A stretch of 64,000 nt of DNA from Candidatus Marinacidobacterales bacterium (GCA_965224085.1 CBDCYI010000009.1:32001-96000), one strand, 5' to 3'. Numbered from the stretch's first letter, positions 36,731 to 46,396 are shown. The notes: generated by a model from the sequence alone, not told the origin. Numbers and translations are program-made.

Positions 36731-39178
36731 ATGAAGCCATTCACTTTTGCGTTCCTGGGTGCGGCGCTTTTTTGTCTGGGACTGGCTCCTGACGGATCCG
36801 CCCGAGCAGTAGAGCCAGCCGTGGCCGGCGGGCAGGCGGCGGGGACGTTCTCACCCGAATCGCCGAATACGGTGATCCGTGAGTACTGCCTTGTCTGCCA
36901 CAGCGACACATTGATGACGGGAGGTCTAACTCTCGAGTCGTTTGACGTGGCGCACGCTGACCAGAACGCCGAAGTCGCGGAGAAGGTAATACGCAAACTG
37001 CAGGCGGGCATGATGCCTCCTAATTACGCGCCACAGCCGGAACCCGGGACCCGAGAGGCCCTCGCTCGGTCGCTGGCGGCGCTGATCGACGAGGCGGCCG
37101 ACGCCAGCCCGAATCCCGGCAGCCGGACCTTCCAGCGTCTCACTCGCATCGAGTATGCCCGCTCGATCCGTGACCTGCTCGCGGTCGAGGTGGACGTCGC
37201 GGCGTTTCTGCCGCCCGACACGGTGAGCGACAGTTTCGACAACATTGCCGATGTCCAGACCATGTCTGCGACTCTGATGGAAGGATATATGCGCGCGGCC
37301 CGTAGCATCAGCCGGCTGGCCGTGGGCGATCCGGAAGCGGGCCCGGTTGAGACGACCTACACCGTCCCGCGGACGGCCTCGCAAATGGAGCACGTCCAAG
37401 GTGCGCCGATGGGGACGCGCGGCGGGCTCTCCGTCGTCCACAACTTCTCGGCAGATGGCCAGTACGTCTTCAAAATACAGCTCCATGGAACACCAGAGGG
37501 CGTGCTCTTCGGGTTGACGGCGGGCAACACCGAGCAGATCGAGGTCTCGATTAACGGAGAGCGGGTGTTTCTTTTGGACATCGATCCTTTGATGTCGGAG
37601 ACGGACGCCGACGGCTTGATCCTGCAAACCGATCCCATCACCGTGAAGACAGGACCGCAGCTGGTCTCCGCCAACTTCATTCAAAGATTCGAGGGACCGG
37701 GCGACGATCTGATCGCTCCGATCGAGCACACCCTTGCCGACGGTACGATCGGTAGGGCGTTTGGTATTACGTCCCTGCCCCACCTGGCGTTTCTCAGCGT
37801 CAACGGCCCATACGACTTGACCGGGGTGTCGGATACGCCAAGCCGCCGCCAGATTTTCACTTGCCGGCCGACTTCCGCCGCCGACGAGCGGCTTTGCGCC
37901 ACTGAGATCGTTTCTAGACTGGCGAGCCAAGCGTTCCGGGGACGGGTGAACGAGCTGGACCTCGAAGGCTTGATGTCGTTCTACCAGGCTGGTGTAAAGG
38001 AAGGAGACTTCGAGACTGGAATCAGGATGGCATTGCAGGCGATTCTGGCAAGCCCACGCTTCGTGTTCCGAATCGAGCAGAGGCCGGACGTTGCGGATCC
38101 CGGCGGGATCTATCGCGTCAGCGACCTGGAGCTGGCGTCCCGGCTGTCCTATTTCCTGTGGGCCAGCGCTCCGGACGCGGAGCTTACCGCGCTCGCCCGT
38201 CAGGAAACCCTGCGAGATCCCGCGGCGCTCGAGAGCCAGGTGCGGCGCATGCTCGCCGATCCGCGCTCGGAAGCACTGGCCACCAGATTCGCTTCGCAGT
38301 GGCTACGTTTGCACGACCTCGAAGGGTTGCACCCGGATGCGTTGCTGTATCCGCAGTACGACCACAAGCTCGCCGCGGCCTTGCGTCGCGAGACGGAGTT
38401 GTTCTTCGGCAACCTCATTCGAGAGGATCGGAGCGTCCTCGAGCTTTTGACCGCCGACTACACGTTCGTTAACGAGCGCATCGCCAGGCACTACCGGATT
38501 CCGAACGTCACCGGACATCGATTCCGCCGCGTTACGCTCGAAGGCGACAATCGGAGAGGCCTACTGGGCCACGGAAGCATATTGACACTGACGTCCGTCG
38601 CCAACCGGACCTCTCCGGTGCAGCGCGGCAAGTGGGTGCTGGAAGTCCTTCTCGGAAGTCCCCCGCCGCCTCCGCCGCCCAACGTGCCGGAGCTCGATGA
38701 TACCAGCGCCGCTGCGGCCGGCAAGCTGCTCTCGGTGCGGGAGCGGATGGAGGAGCATCGCTCGAATCCCGCGTGTCAATCCTGCCACGACGTGATCGAC
38801 CCGATCGGCTTGGCGCTCGAGAACTTCGACGTGACCGGCGCGTGGCGCATCAAGGACAATGGGGTTGCCATAGAGGCTACTGGCCAGCTCTATGATGGAA
38901 CGCAGATCGACGGTCCAACGGGACTGCGGCAGGCGCTCGTGAGCCGTTCCGACACTTTCATCACGAGCTTTACCGAAAGCCTGATGACCTATGCCCTGGG
39001 GCGGAGGGTCGAGTACTACGACATGCCCGCGCTGCGCGCGATCGCCGCGGAGGCCGCGCACAACGGCAATCGCATGTCCTCTTTCATTCTTGGTGTCGTC
39101 GAAAGCTCGGCATTTCAAACGCGGAAGTCGGAATCCACACAAGAGACCACGGAGGTGGCAGCACCGAGTCTCCCTTGA
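36731..39178 (+). CDS. DUF1592/DUF1588/DUF1595/DUF1585-type multi-domain c-type cytochrome
   Basis: Signal peptide; CLVCH and CQSCH; [35 protein letters not shown]. Confidence 0.9.
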   Translation: MKPFTFAFLGAALFCLGLAPDGSARAVEPAVAGGQAAGTFSPESPNTVIREYCLVCHSDTLMTGGLTLESFDVAHADQNAEVAEKVIRKLQAGMMPPNYAPQPEPGTREALARSLAALIDEAADASPNPGSRTFQRLTRIEYARSIRDLLAVEVDVAAFLPPDTVSDSFDNIADVQTMSATLMEGYMRAARSISRLAVGDPEAGPVETTYTVPRTASQMEHVQGAPMGTRGGLSVVHNFSADGQYVFKIQLHGTPEGVLFGLTAGNTEQIEVSINGERVFLLDIDPLMSETDADGLILQTDPITVKTGPQLVSANFIQRFEGPGDDLIAPIEHTLADGTIGRAFGITSLPHLAFLSVNGPYDLTGVSDTPSRRQIFTCRPTSAADERLCATEIVSRLASQAFRGRVNELDLEGLMSFYQAGVKEGDFETGIRMALQAILASPRFVFRIEQRPDVADPGGIYRVSDLELASRLSYFLWASAPDAELTALARQETLRDPAALESQVRRMLADPRSEALATRFASQWLRLHDLEGLHPDALLYPQYDHKLAAALRRETELFFGNLIREDRSVLELLTADYTFVNERIARHYRIPNVTGHRFRRVTLEGDNRRGLLGHGSILTLTSVANRTSPVQRGKWVLEVLLGSPPPPPPPNVPELDDTSAAAAGKLLSVRERMEEHRSNPACQSCHDVIDPIGLALENFDVTGAWRIKDNGVAIEATGQLYDGTQIDGPTGLRQALVSRSDTFITSFTESLMTYALGRRVEYYDMPALRAIAAEAAHNGNRMSSFILGVVESSAFQTRKSESTQETTEVAAPSLP

Positions 39179-39208
39179 TTGCGAGCCGTCTCCAGAGGAT
39201 ACGAAACG

Positions 39209-40582
39209 ATGCACGTCACGAACAAACATCTCTCTCGTCGCACCATGCTCCGAGGCATGGGTACGGCGGTGGCCCTGCCGTTTCTCGAAGCCATGGTGCC
39301 GGCCCGGAGTGCTTTTGGCAAGCCGACCGGTGAGCCGGCTCGCTTGGTGTGCATTGAAATGGTCCATGGTGCGGCGGGCAGCACCAATTACGGGATCGCA
39401 AAAAACCTGTGGGCGCCGGCGGCCGAAGGCAGTGAGTTCGACCTCACGCCGAGCAGCTTGAGCCCGCTCGAGCCGTTTCGGGAATACGTGACAATCGTCA
39501 GTAACACCGACGTACGCAATGCCGAGGCGTTCGCGCTGCCCGAGATCGGCGGGGACCATTTCCGATCGAGCGCGGTGTTCCTGACCCAATCCCATCCGAA
39601 GCAGACGGAAGGCTCGGACGTCCACGTGGGGACGTCGATGGATCAGCTCTACGCCGAGCGGTTCGGTCAGGACACGCCCATTCCGTCCATGCAGCTCGCG
39701 ATCGAGAACGTGAACCAGGCTGGGGGATGCCAGTACGGTTATTCCTGTACCTACACGGACGCGATCAGCTGGGCATCGCCAACCGATCCGCTCCCGATGA
39801 TTCGGAACCCCCGGGTCGTTTTCGACCAGATGTTCGGCTCCGGCGGAACGCCGGAAGAGCGGGCTGCCACGCGCCGAACCGACCGCAGCATTCTCGATTG
39901 GGTCGCGAATCAGGTGGCTAGTTTCAAAACGAGCTTGGAGCCGGCCGACCGCAATCGGCTTGACGATTATCTCGAGAACATTCGCGAGATCGAGCGACGG
40001 ATCCAGAGGATCGAGGCACAAAACGCGAGCGGGGAGGAAAGAGAGTTGCCGGGTGCGCCCATCGGCGTGCCGGACTCGTTCGACGAGCACGTCAAGTTGA
40101 TGTTCGACCTACAGGCGGCGGCGTTCGCTTCGGACCTCACTCGGGTAATCTCGTTCAAGATGGGGCGTGACGTTTCGGGCCGCGTCTTCCCGGAGACTGG
40201 CGTCAACACGGGCTTCCACCCGGCCTCGCATCACGGCGAGCGAGAGGAGCGGATCGAAGACTTCGCGAAGATCAACAAGTACCACGTCAGCACCATCCCC
40301 TACTTTCTCGAGAAGTTGCGCGACACCCTCGAGGGCGACGCGAATCTCTTGGAAAAGACGCTGATCCTTTACGGCTCCCCAATGGGCAACCCGCACGTTC
40401 ACAATCACAAGCGCTGTCCGCTCTTTTTGGCCGGCCACGGAAATGGCCAGTTCAAGGGGAACCTCCATGTCAAAGCCGCGGACGGAACGCCGATGGCGAA
40501 CACGCTTTTGACCGTGCTGCGCCGACTCGGACTCGACGAGCTCGAGAGCTTTGGCGACAGCACCGGGGAGATGGCCATCTGA
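39209..40582 (+). CDS. DUF1552 domain protein with Tat-like signal
   Basis: ATG at 39209; LSRRTMLRGMG..VALPFLEAM, SMDQL, YLENIREIERRI, HPASHH. Confidence 0.9.
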   Translation: MHVTNKHLSRRTMLRGMGTAVALPFLEAMVPARSAFGKPTGEPARLVCIEMVHGAAGSTNYGIAKNLWAPAAEGSEFDLTPSSLSPLEPFREYVTIVSNTDVRNAEAFALPEIGGDHFRSSAVFLTQSHPKQTEGSDVHVGTSMDQLYAERFGQDTPIPSMQLAIENVNQAGGCQYGYSCTYTDAISWASPTDPLPMIRNPRVVFDQMFGSGGTPEERAATRRTDRSILDWVANQVASFKTSLEPADRNRLDDYLENIREIERRIQRIEAQNASGEERELPGAPIGVPDSFDEHVKLMFDLQAAAFASDLTRVISFKMGRDVSGRVFPETGVNTGFHPASHHGEREERIEDFAKINKYHVSTIPYFLEKLRDTLEGDANLLEKTLILYGSPMGNPHVHNHKRCPLFLAGHGNGQFKGNLHVKAADGTPMANTLLTVLRRLGLDELESFGDSTGEMAI

Positions 40583-42420
40583 TGGACCTGTCGACGGAGC
40601 GCCGCATGTCGGGAAGAGGAAACAGCACCTCGAGCGTACATTGTGCTGCAAGCGCGGTCGTTGCATTCGTGACGGCGATGTTTGCGGCCGCGCCTCTTCA
40701 CGCCCAAGGTGCCTCAGGTCGCACGGACGCCCCGATCGCCTCTGCGGCCATGCGGAGCGAGCGAGATACAGTACGAACACTTCTGAAGCAAGGCGTCGAT
40801 GTGAACGCGGCACAAGGTGACGGCATGACGCCGCTTCACTGGGCTGCCATGAACGAAGATGTGAAAATGGCCGAAATGCTGCTTTATGCCGGAGCCAACG
40901 TCAAAGCCATGACGCGTCTTGGTGCCTATACCCCGCTACTATTGGCTAGCAAAACCGGCAACGCCGTGATCGTCGAGATGCTCTTGAGGGCGTCGGCCGA
41001 CGCTAACGCCACCACGACCGTTGGAACGACCCCTCTCATGTTGGCGGCCGTTTCGGGAAGCCCGGATGCCGTCGAGGTCCTCCTGGAGCACGACGTGGAC
41101 GTGAATGCGACGGAGGTGAAGGGACGCACGGCTTTGATGTTCGCGGCGGTCAACGATCGGTCTTCGGTGATCGACGCTCTGATGAAGCACGGTGCGGACG
41201 CCACCCTGACATCGAATGTGGTGAACGTGGCGGCACTGGAAACCGCGCACGAAGCGGCTCGTCGGGAACGTGTGGAGGCGCGCGAGACCGCGGCCGGGGC
41301 GACGAAAGACCAAGGGGTAGCGCGAAACGAGGGAGACAAAGGCGGCTCAAGTACCGTTTCCAAGCTTTTTGGATGGCTCCCGGGTGTGGGTAAGAAAAAA
41401 GAAGAGAAAGTCCGTCCGGCCCGGGTGTTCTATCGGGAAACGTTTGGTGGGCTCGTCGGCAACTATGGCGGTATGACCGCCCTTCTTCTCGCAGCGCGTC
41501 AAGGCCACCGAAAGGCCGTGGAATCCATTCTCGATGCGGGCGTGGATGTCGACGAAGTGAGCGCCGGGGACCAAACGAGCTCGCTGCTCATCGCCACCAT
41601 TAATGGGCACTTCGACGTGACCGAGTTGCTGCTCGATCGCGGTGCGGACCCGAACCTTGCCAGTGAGATCAACGGGGCCACACCCCTTTACGGCGCCGTG
41701 AACGTGCACTGGGCTCCCAAATCGTTTTATCCGCAACCGAGGGCCCATTTGCAGCAGCAGTTGTCGCACTTGGATCTGATGCAGGCGCTCCTTTCAGCAG
41801 GAGCGGACCCGAACGTGCGTCTGACGAAAAAAGTGTGGTATTCGGGATACAACCGCGACAAGTCGAGTCTGAACGAGCAAGGCGCGACGCCGTTTTGGCG
41901 GGCCGCCTATGCGGCCGATGTCGACGCCATGAAACTCTTAGTGGCCTACGGCGCCGATCCGGATATCCCGACCACGACGCCGAAGCCGCGGCGCCCAACC
42001 GAGGAGAAGGACGATCCCTCCGGGCTGCCCCCGGCTCGGATCGGCGGGCCGTCGATCACACCGCTGCAGGCGGCCGCGGGCGTCGGCTACGGCAAGGGCT
42101 TCTCGGCGAACTCCCACCGCTTCGCGGCCGGAGGTCAACTCCTGGCGGTCCAATACCTCGTCGAAGAGCATGGCGCTGACGTGAACGCCGCGGACCACGA
42201 GGGTAACAGGCCGCTCCACCACGCCGCGGCCAGGGGAGACAATGAGATGATCCTCTACCTCGTGTCGAAGGGTGCCGATGTGACCGTCGTGAACCGGAGA
42301 GGGCAGACCACCGCGGACATGGCGAACGGCCCGGCGCAACGCATTCAACCATTCCCCGAGACGGTGGCCCTGTTGATGAAGCTGGGCTCGAAGAACTCGA
42401 ACAAGTGCGTGTCGTGCTGA
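40582..42420 (+). CDS. Exported ankyrin-repeat protein
   Basis: Coupled start (TGATG); many TPLHWA/TPLMLA repeats; ends KCVSC. Confidence 0.9.
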   Translation: MDLSTERRMSGRGNSTSSVHCAASAVVAFVTAMFAAAPLHAQGASGRTDAPIASAAMRSERDTVRTLLKQGVDVNAAQGDGMTPLHWAAMNEDVKMAEMLLYAGANVKAMTRLGAYTPLLLASKTGNAVIVEMLLRASADANATTTVGTTPLMLAAVSGSPDAVEVLLEHDVDVNATEVKGRTALMFAAVNDRSSVIDALMKHGADATLTSNVVNVAALETAHEAARRERVEARETAAGATKDQGVARNEGDKGGSSTVSKLFGWLPGVGKKKEEKVRPARVFYRETFGGLVGNYGGMTALLLAARQGHRKAVESILDAGVDVDEVSAGDQTSSLLIATINGHFDVTELLLDRGADPNLASEINGATPLYGAVNVHWAPKSFYPQPRAHLQQQLSHLDLMQALLSAGADPNVRLTKKVWYSGYNRDKSSLNEQGATPFWRAAYAADVDAMKLLVAYGADPDIPTTTPKPRRPTEEKDDPSGLPPARIGGPSITPLQAAAGVGYGKGFSANSHRFAAGGQLLAVQYLVEEHGADVNAADHEGNRPLHHAAARGDNEMILYLVSKGADVTVVNRRGQTTADMANGPAQRIQPFPETVALLMKLGSKNSNKCVSC

Positions 42421-42460
42421 GGCCTGTTGGAAACCGGCCCCGCCCGTTTTCGTCTCTCCT

Positions 42461-42581
42461 GCCGATGACGTCACTTGGAACTGGTCGCCGCGAATCGTAA
42501 CGGCTGCCCAAAAAGCCTTCCATGATCCGCGCCCGGCCTCGGCCGAAACTTCTGAGCCCTTCCGTTGTTCACTTCGGCCAC
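42461..42581 (-). pseudogene. 3' fragment of an NHL-repeat gene (near-copy of 44313..44433)
   Basis: Reads VAEVNNGRAQKFRPRPGADHGRLFGQPLRFAATSSK*, versus VAEVYNGRAQKFRPRPGADHGRLVGQPLRFAATSSN* in the intact gene. Confidence 0.85.
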
Positions 42582-42860
42582 ACCGCGGCGCCGAGGCGGA
42601 AGACGAGCCCGCCGCGCTCACCGTTGATGCCCGCGAGGCCAAGCTCCTCGGCGAGCATTCCTGGAGCCGTGAATATTCGAAAAACTGGAAAATACGTTCC
42701 CACGACCGCGACGACGAACCTGCGAAAACATGCCCCGACGAAAACTAGCTGGACAGAGTTGCTCGGGATCGCAACGGACTCTCCTCGCGCCTATAGAGTC
42801 ACGTATAATTCTTCCTCTTTACTGGAGTATCGTCATCTGACATTCACAGGAGGCAGCTTG

Positions 42861-43448
42861 ATGTCTGACGAAATGAAAAGCACATTTGAGACAAGAAGCA
42901 AAACACTTATCGGTCTGGCCATTTTCTGTAGTGTGGCTATCCTAGGCTGCGCGCAAGTTGATGAGGAAACTGTGGCGGCCACACCTGAAGAAGAGGTTCC
43001 GGCAGCCGCCAACCCGTTGATTGGCACTGCACAAGAGATACTCGAAGCGTTCAATGCAGACGATTGGGAAGCGTTCAAGACCCTCATGACGGATGACGCC
43101 GTCTACGAGGAGGTGGGAACATCTCAGACAATCAAGGGGGTCGATTCAATCATCGAGCAATTGAAAGGGTGGAAAGGAGCGATGCCTGACGTCAAGGGTA
43201 CCGTGAACAATTCAGAACTCACGGAAAAAGGAGTCCTCCTCGAAGTGACATGGACGGGTACCAACACGGGTCCCTTAGTCGGACCGCACACGGTTTCAAA
43301 ATATGGTCCCGAAGGCTTTCCGGCTACCGGAAAGGTCCAGACTACGCGTGCAGCCTGGGTACTGGAATTCGATGGATCAAAGCTCAGTCGGAGCCGCCAC
43401 TACTTCGACATGCTCTCATTCATGAAACAGCTTGGTGTGATCGAGTAG
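42861..43448 (+). CDS. SnoaL-like/ester cyclase (NTF2 fold) lipoprotein
   Basis: RBS AGGAGG before ATG 42861; lipobox ILGC; EAFNADDW, AMPDVKGT, TWTGTNTGPL, PATGK, HYFD. Confidence 0.85.
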   Translation: MSDEMKSTFETRSKTLIGLAIFCSVAILGCAQVDEETVAATPEEEVPAAANPLIGTAQEILEAFNADDWEAFKTLMTDDAVYEEVGTSQTIKGVDSIIEQLKGWKGAMPDVKGTVNNSELTEKGVLLEVTWTGTNTGPLVGPHTVSKYGPEGFPATGKVQTTRAAWVLEFDGSKLSRSRHYFDMLSFMKQLGVIE

Positions 43449-43680
43449 CACGTTCCGGGTTCGCATCGGTCCGATCTGCCCGTGCAACATGCGTCCCATC
43501 CTGCTCGTCGCTTGCTTTTGATCGCTCGGTAGCGTATGAGCGTCGATATTCATCGTGATCTTCACGCGCTTGTGACCTAGCCCATGTTTCCCTTTTAGGT
43601 CTCTAAGTCATTATAAACAAAGGACTGAGATCCGCGGTTTGTCTCTACGCTGACAGCACCTCCTCGTAAAAGGATGCTTC

Positions 43681-44016
43681 ATGCTCATCGTAGCTTTCGT
43701 TTTGACGCTCAACAACTTCTTCTACGCCGTCAATCCCGCTGCGGCCAAGCCCATATTCGATTGGATCGACCCTTTCGCAATCGTCGCCCTCGTACTCGTT
43801 TTCATCGAGAAAATCCTCGGTTCGATGCGGGGCGAAACCGAATGGCCTCGGCTCGAGGTGACGGTCCTGGTGGGGGCGCTGGTTCATTTATACCCTACAA
43901 TTACCTGGCGAAGATGGGCTGGACTGGAGAGCGGGACCTTGTGGCTGGTTATGGTGCCGTTTGCGGTCTCCTTGCTCATCTATGAGGGCTTTTTTCTGAT
44001 TCGTGAATCCAAATAG
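43681..44016 (+). CDS. Small hypothetical membrane protein
   Basis: 111 aa with about four hydrophobic segments; family not recognised; may be 5'-truncated. Confidence 0.5.
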   Translation: MLIVAFVLTLNNFFYAVNPAAAKPIFDWIDPFAIVALVLVFIEKILGSMRGETEWPRLEVTVLVGALVHLYPTITWRRWAGLESGTLWLVMVPFAVSLLIYEGFFLIRESK

Positions 44017-44047
44017 GGGCTTGTCTAGTCATGGATATAAGCCCCTA
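44014..44047 (+). terminator. Hairpin at the 3' end of the membrane protein gene
   Basis: TAGGGGCTT-N16-AAGCCCCTA. Confidence 0.4.
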
Positions 44048-44099
44048 ACTTAACCGGCACACCTGCTTGGAGCGCCCGTGTCGCCGCGCGTCGAGGGGC

Positions 44100-44282
44100 G
44101 CGGTGGATATGGGGAAGGTCCGAGATGCGGTGGGTCTTCGGTTCGGGGTCGAGGCCGTTGATGAAGCGCGTCTCGACACCGGTGCTCATGCAAAGGAAGT
44201 GGAGCGGGTTGACGGGCGGATTGCGCCCGGCCGGGAGGCCGCTCGCGTACTTGTCCGCTTGCAGCTCGACGCTGGTCAGGGG
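44100..44282 (-). pseudogene. hsdR: Internal fragment of type I restriction endonuclease R subunit (HsdR N-terminal region)
   Basis: A frame absent from the ORF track reads PLTSVELQADKYASGLPAGRNPPVNPLHFLCMSTGVETRFINGLDPEPKTHRISDLPHIHR. This resembles the HsdR segment ...PLPFLYxSTGVETRFxNxLDPxP...HRP. No start codon. Confidence 0.7.
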
Positions 44283-44312
44283 GTCGCAGATTCAAATCCT
44301 GCCGCTCAGACC
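44274..44312 (+). other. Degenerate tRNA 3'-half remnant (tRNA-Pro-like), possible att scar
   Basis: GGTCAGGGGGTCGCAGATTCAAATCCTGCCGCTCAGACC: variable loop, T-arm GCAG(A)-TTCAAAT-CCTGC and a ...GACC end. No 5' half. Confidence 0.55.
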
Positions 44313-44322
44313 GCCGATGACG

Positions 44323-45465
44323 TCAGTTGGAACTGGTCGCCGCGAATCGTAACGGCTGCCCTACGAGCCTTCCATGATCCGCGCCCGGCCTCGGCCGAAA
44401 CTTCTGAGCCCTTCCGTTGTAGACTTCGGCCACAAAAAGATTGCCGTCCTGATCCACGCTGATCTGATGGACGCCCCCAAGATCCCCCGGGGAGCTTCCA
44501 TAGGTCCCCCAGGAGTCTAGAAGCTTCCCGTTGAGGTCGTACTTCAATATCCTGTGGGTGGCGCCGTCGGCGACCCAAAGGTGTTGGTCGGCAGTCACGT
44601 AGAGATGGAAAGGGGAGCGGAGGTTGGGCCACTCGTCGAGGTAGTTTCCGTTCTCGTCAAAAATCTGGATCCGGTGGTTCGAGCGGTCGGATACGTACAC
44701 GCGACGCTGATCGTCGATGGCAATACCATGGAGCACGTTGAACTCGCTGGGACCCGTACCAGGCTCGCCCCACTCCATGAGATACTCGCCGTCCTTTGAG
44801 AACTTGACCACCCGCGTGTTGATGTAGCCGTCGGTTACGAAAAACGTGCCGTCGGGCAGCCAGGCGATGTCGGTCGGCCCTGCGAAATGACTTTCATCGT
44901 TGCCGGCGCTGCCCTCGCCCAGGGTCATCACCAGTTCCTCGCCGTCATTGGTGAACTTGTGGATTTGATGGGTGCCCTCCGTCGACGCTGGCGCCAGACC
45001 TGCCGAGATTATCCAAACATGCTTGTCAGGATCGTAGGGGCTTATCAGGATCTTGTGACCCCTGTAGAAGCGCTCGTCATGTTGCGTCCAACTATCGATC
45101 AGCTTCCCGTTCCCATCGACGACGAGCACGCAATGCTCCCAGCGTGGTTCCGCGTTAGTGGCCGTCCGCTGTGAAGCGCCAGGAGGCAGAACGGGTAGCT
45201 CGCCACGCTGAAGGATGAAGATTTTATCCGGCGTCTCGGCAAAGATGCCCGCCGTCGACCCCCAGGTCCACCCCTCGTGGTCTGGTAGAGGCTGCGGCCA
45301 GCCCTCTACGACTTCGTACGGGCCCGTTAAATCTTCACCACCCTTTTCATGAACTTCGGCCGAGGATTGCTGTACCTCGACTTGGCCTTGTTGATCGGGT
45401 GCCGGGGCGCACATGGCCGCCGTCAGGCCCAGAGCTACCGCCCCACCCCAAATCCGCAAATTCAT
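44323..45465 (-). CDS. NHL-repeat / peptidyl-alpha-hydroxyglycine lyase-like six-bladed propeller, exported
   Basis: RBS AAGGAGG; signal peptide with Cys; GPYEVVEGWPQP, PTDIAWLPDG, DGYINTRVVKF, HGIAID, DRSNHRIQIFD. Confidence 0.9.
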   Translation of the reverse strand: MNLRIWGGAVALGLTAAMCAPAPDQQGQVEVQQSSAEVHEKGGEDLTGPYEVVEGWPQPLPDHEGWTWGSTAGIFAETPDKIFILQRGELPVLPPGASQRTATNAEPRWEHCVLVVDGNGKLIDSWTQHDERFYRGHKILISPYDPDKHVWIISAGLAPASTEGTHQIHKFTNDGEELVMTLGEGSAGNDESHFAGPTDIAWLPDGTFFVTDGYINTRVVKFSKDGEYLMEWGEPGTGPSEFNVLHGIAIDDQRRVYVSDRSNHRIQIFDENGNYLDEWPNLRSPFHLYVTADQHLWVADGATHRILKYDLNGKLLDSWGTYGSSPGDLGGVHQISVDQDGNLFVAEVYNGRAQKFRPRPGADHGRLVGQPLRFAATSSN

Positions 45466-45497
45466 GGTGACCTCCTTCCCGTCTTGCAGTTACCTTA

Positions 45498-45553
45498 ATA
45501 TCCCAGGGAAGTGTATATATCCTAGGGAAGTTTATAAATCCAGGGAATTGTGT
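45498..45553. repeat. Three tandem ~19-bp direct repeats upstream of the NHL gene
   Basis: ATATCCCAGGGAAGTGTAT / ATATCCTAGGGAAGTTTAT / AAATCC-AGGGAATTGTGT. Confidence 0.75.
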
Positions 45554-45738
45554 GCGGCTCCGAATTCTTGGCACCAAACCACTCGAGCGGGCCCAAGGTG
45601 CCGTTCGATCCCGGTCGGTGCCGTCGCGGTTGCGAATCGAGGGGTGGTTGATAGTTTCGCTCGCGAGTGGACCCGCTCGCGCACCGCAGAGGCGATTCTC
45701 TACAACCGGGCGGATGGGCTTGATGTTGGGGAGCAATG

Positions 45739-45804
45739 CTAGTTGGCGGGGACCAGACGCTTGAGTTCTTCGTACCAGTTGAGCACGAATTCCAGGCTCG
45801 AAAA
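45739..45804 (-). pseudogene. C-terminal remnant of a Ser/Thr kinase-PD40 gene
   Basis: FSSLEFVLNWYEELKRLVPAN*, matching the tail VVQNWFQELKRLVPTDN* of the kinase ending at 54201. Confidence 0.7.
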
Positions 45805-45953
45805 ACCCCTCGATCTTCGCTGTGTGTTCGCCTAATTGCGCCGCTCCTCGTGCCTGACTGCGGCTCTGGCGATGGTTGATCGTTTTTCATCCCTTTTCGC
45901 GAGCTCCCTATCAGCACTGCTACCCCGTAACAAACACTACTCTTCGTCCACAC

Positions 45954-46200
45954 TTATTTCGTCGGTACCAGTCGTTCGAGCTCATGGAACCAGTTGAGCA
46001 CGAATTCCAGCTCGAGGGTGGCGAAATCGATGCCTCTTTTCGGTGATGGCGCGGGCCTTTCCTTGAAGATCGACTCTGACGAGGTGCGATCGAGTCCGCG
46101 TGCGCTTTGTCTTGCATAGACCAAGGAGCCGTCGCTCGCGACCGTGAACTGAGGCGCACCGCCTTCCTCTATGCAGATGGTGCCGACGTCCTGAGGTTCG
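45954..46200 (-). pseudogene. Second, internally deleted kinase-PD40 remnant
   Basis: GGAPQFTVASDGSLVY (mid-propeller motif; compare GVAFFTFSDTGTLVY) joined within ~30 aa to LEFVLNWFHELERLVPTK*. Confidence 0.65.
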
Positions 46201-46213
46201 TCACCTAAGGTTC

Positions 46214-46266
46214 GAGTGTGCAACTTTCAACCGGTGAAAATGGGCCGTTTTAGACTGGCGTTGACA
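46214..46266. mobile_element. Isolated IS21-family-like terminal sequence
   Basis: Minus strand TGTCAACGCCAGTCTAAAACGGCCCATTTTCACCGGTTGAAAGTTGCACACT: a TGT tip plus two internal AAA...CACT/CATT repeats. No istA/istB. Confidence 0.6.
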
Positions 46267-46396
46267 CTCCTCCGTGATCAGCTTCTCTGGCACGGCGAGG
46301 CTGACCAGGAGCGTCGCCAACGGATTCTTGCGACGCTGCGGCATGTAAATCGAACGAGCACTCGGGCAGCCACCTAACACGCCGATGAACCGGACG
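46267..46396 (+). other. 3' end of a probable integron gene cassette with the 5' half of an attC site
   Basis: A 36-codon open frame ends at TAA 46375-46377 inside ACCTAAC (RYYYAAC), followed by ACGCCGATGAACCGGACG. The complementary half ending GTTRRRY is missing. Confidence 0.5.

Noticed and set aside
38561-40090. 509-aa minus-strand ORF
   Set aside because: Shadow of the DUF1592 and DUF1552 genes.
42522-42860. N-terminal 113 aa of the 308-aa ORF
   Set aside because: It overlaps the duplicated NHL tail; the strong RBS and lipoprotein signal point to 42861.
43604-43628. TAAGTCATTATAAACAAAGGACTGA as an IHF- or dif-like site
   Set aside because: Match too loose to support.
45498-45553. Possible mini-CRISPR
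   Set aside because: The repeats are contiguous with no spacers, and there are no cas genes.
45570-45623. tRNA-like GGCACC...GTTCGATCCC...GGTGCC
   Set aside because: Only ~54 nt, with no D or anticodon arm, and the T-stem needs an inserted base.
45874-45888. 15-bp identity (GGTTGATCGTTTTTC) with the transposase 5' end
   Set aside because: It does not extend on either side; a 15-mer match is within chance for this window size.
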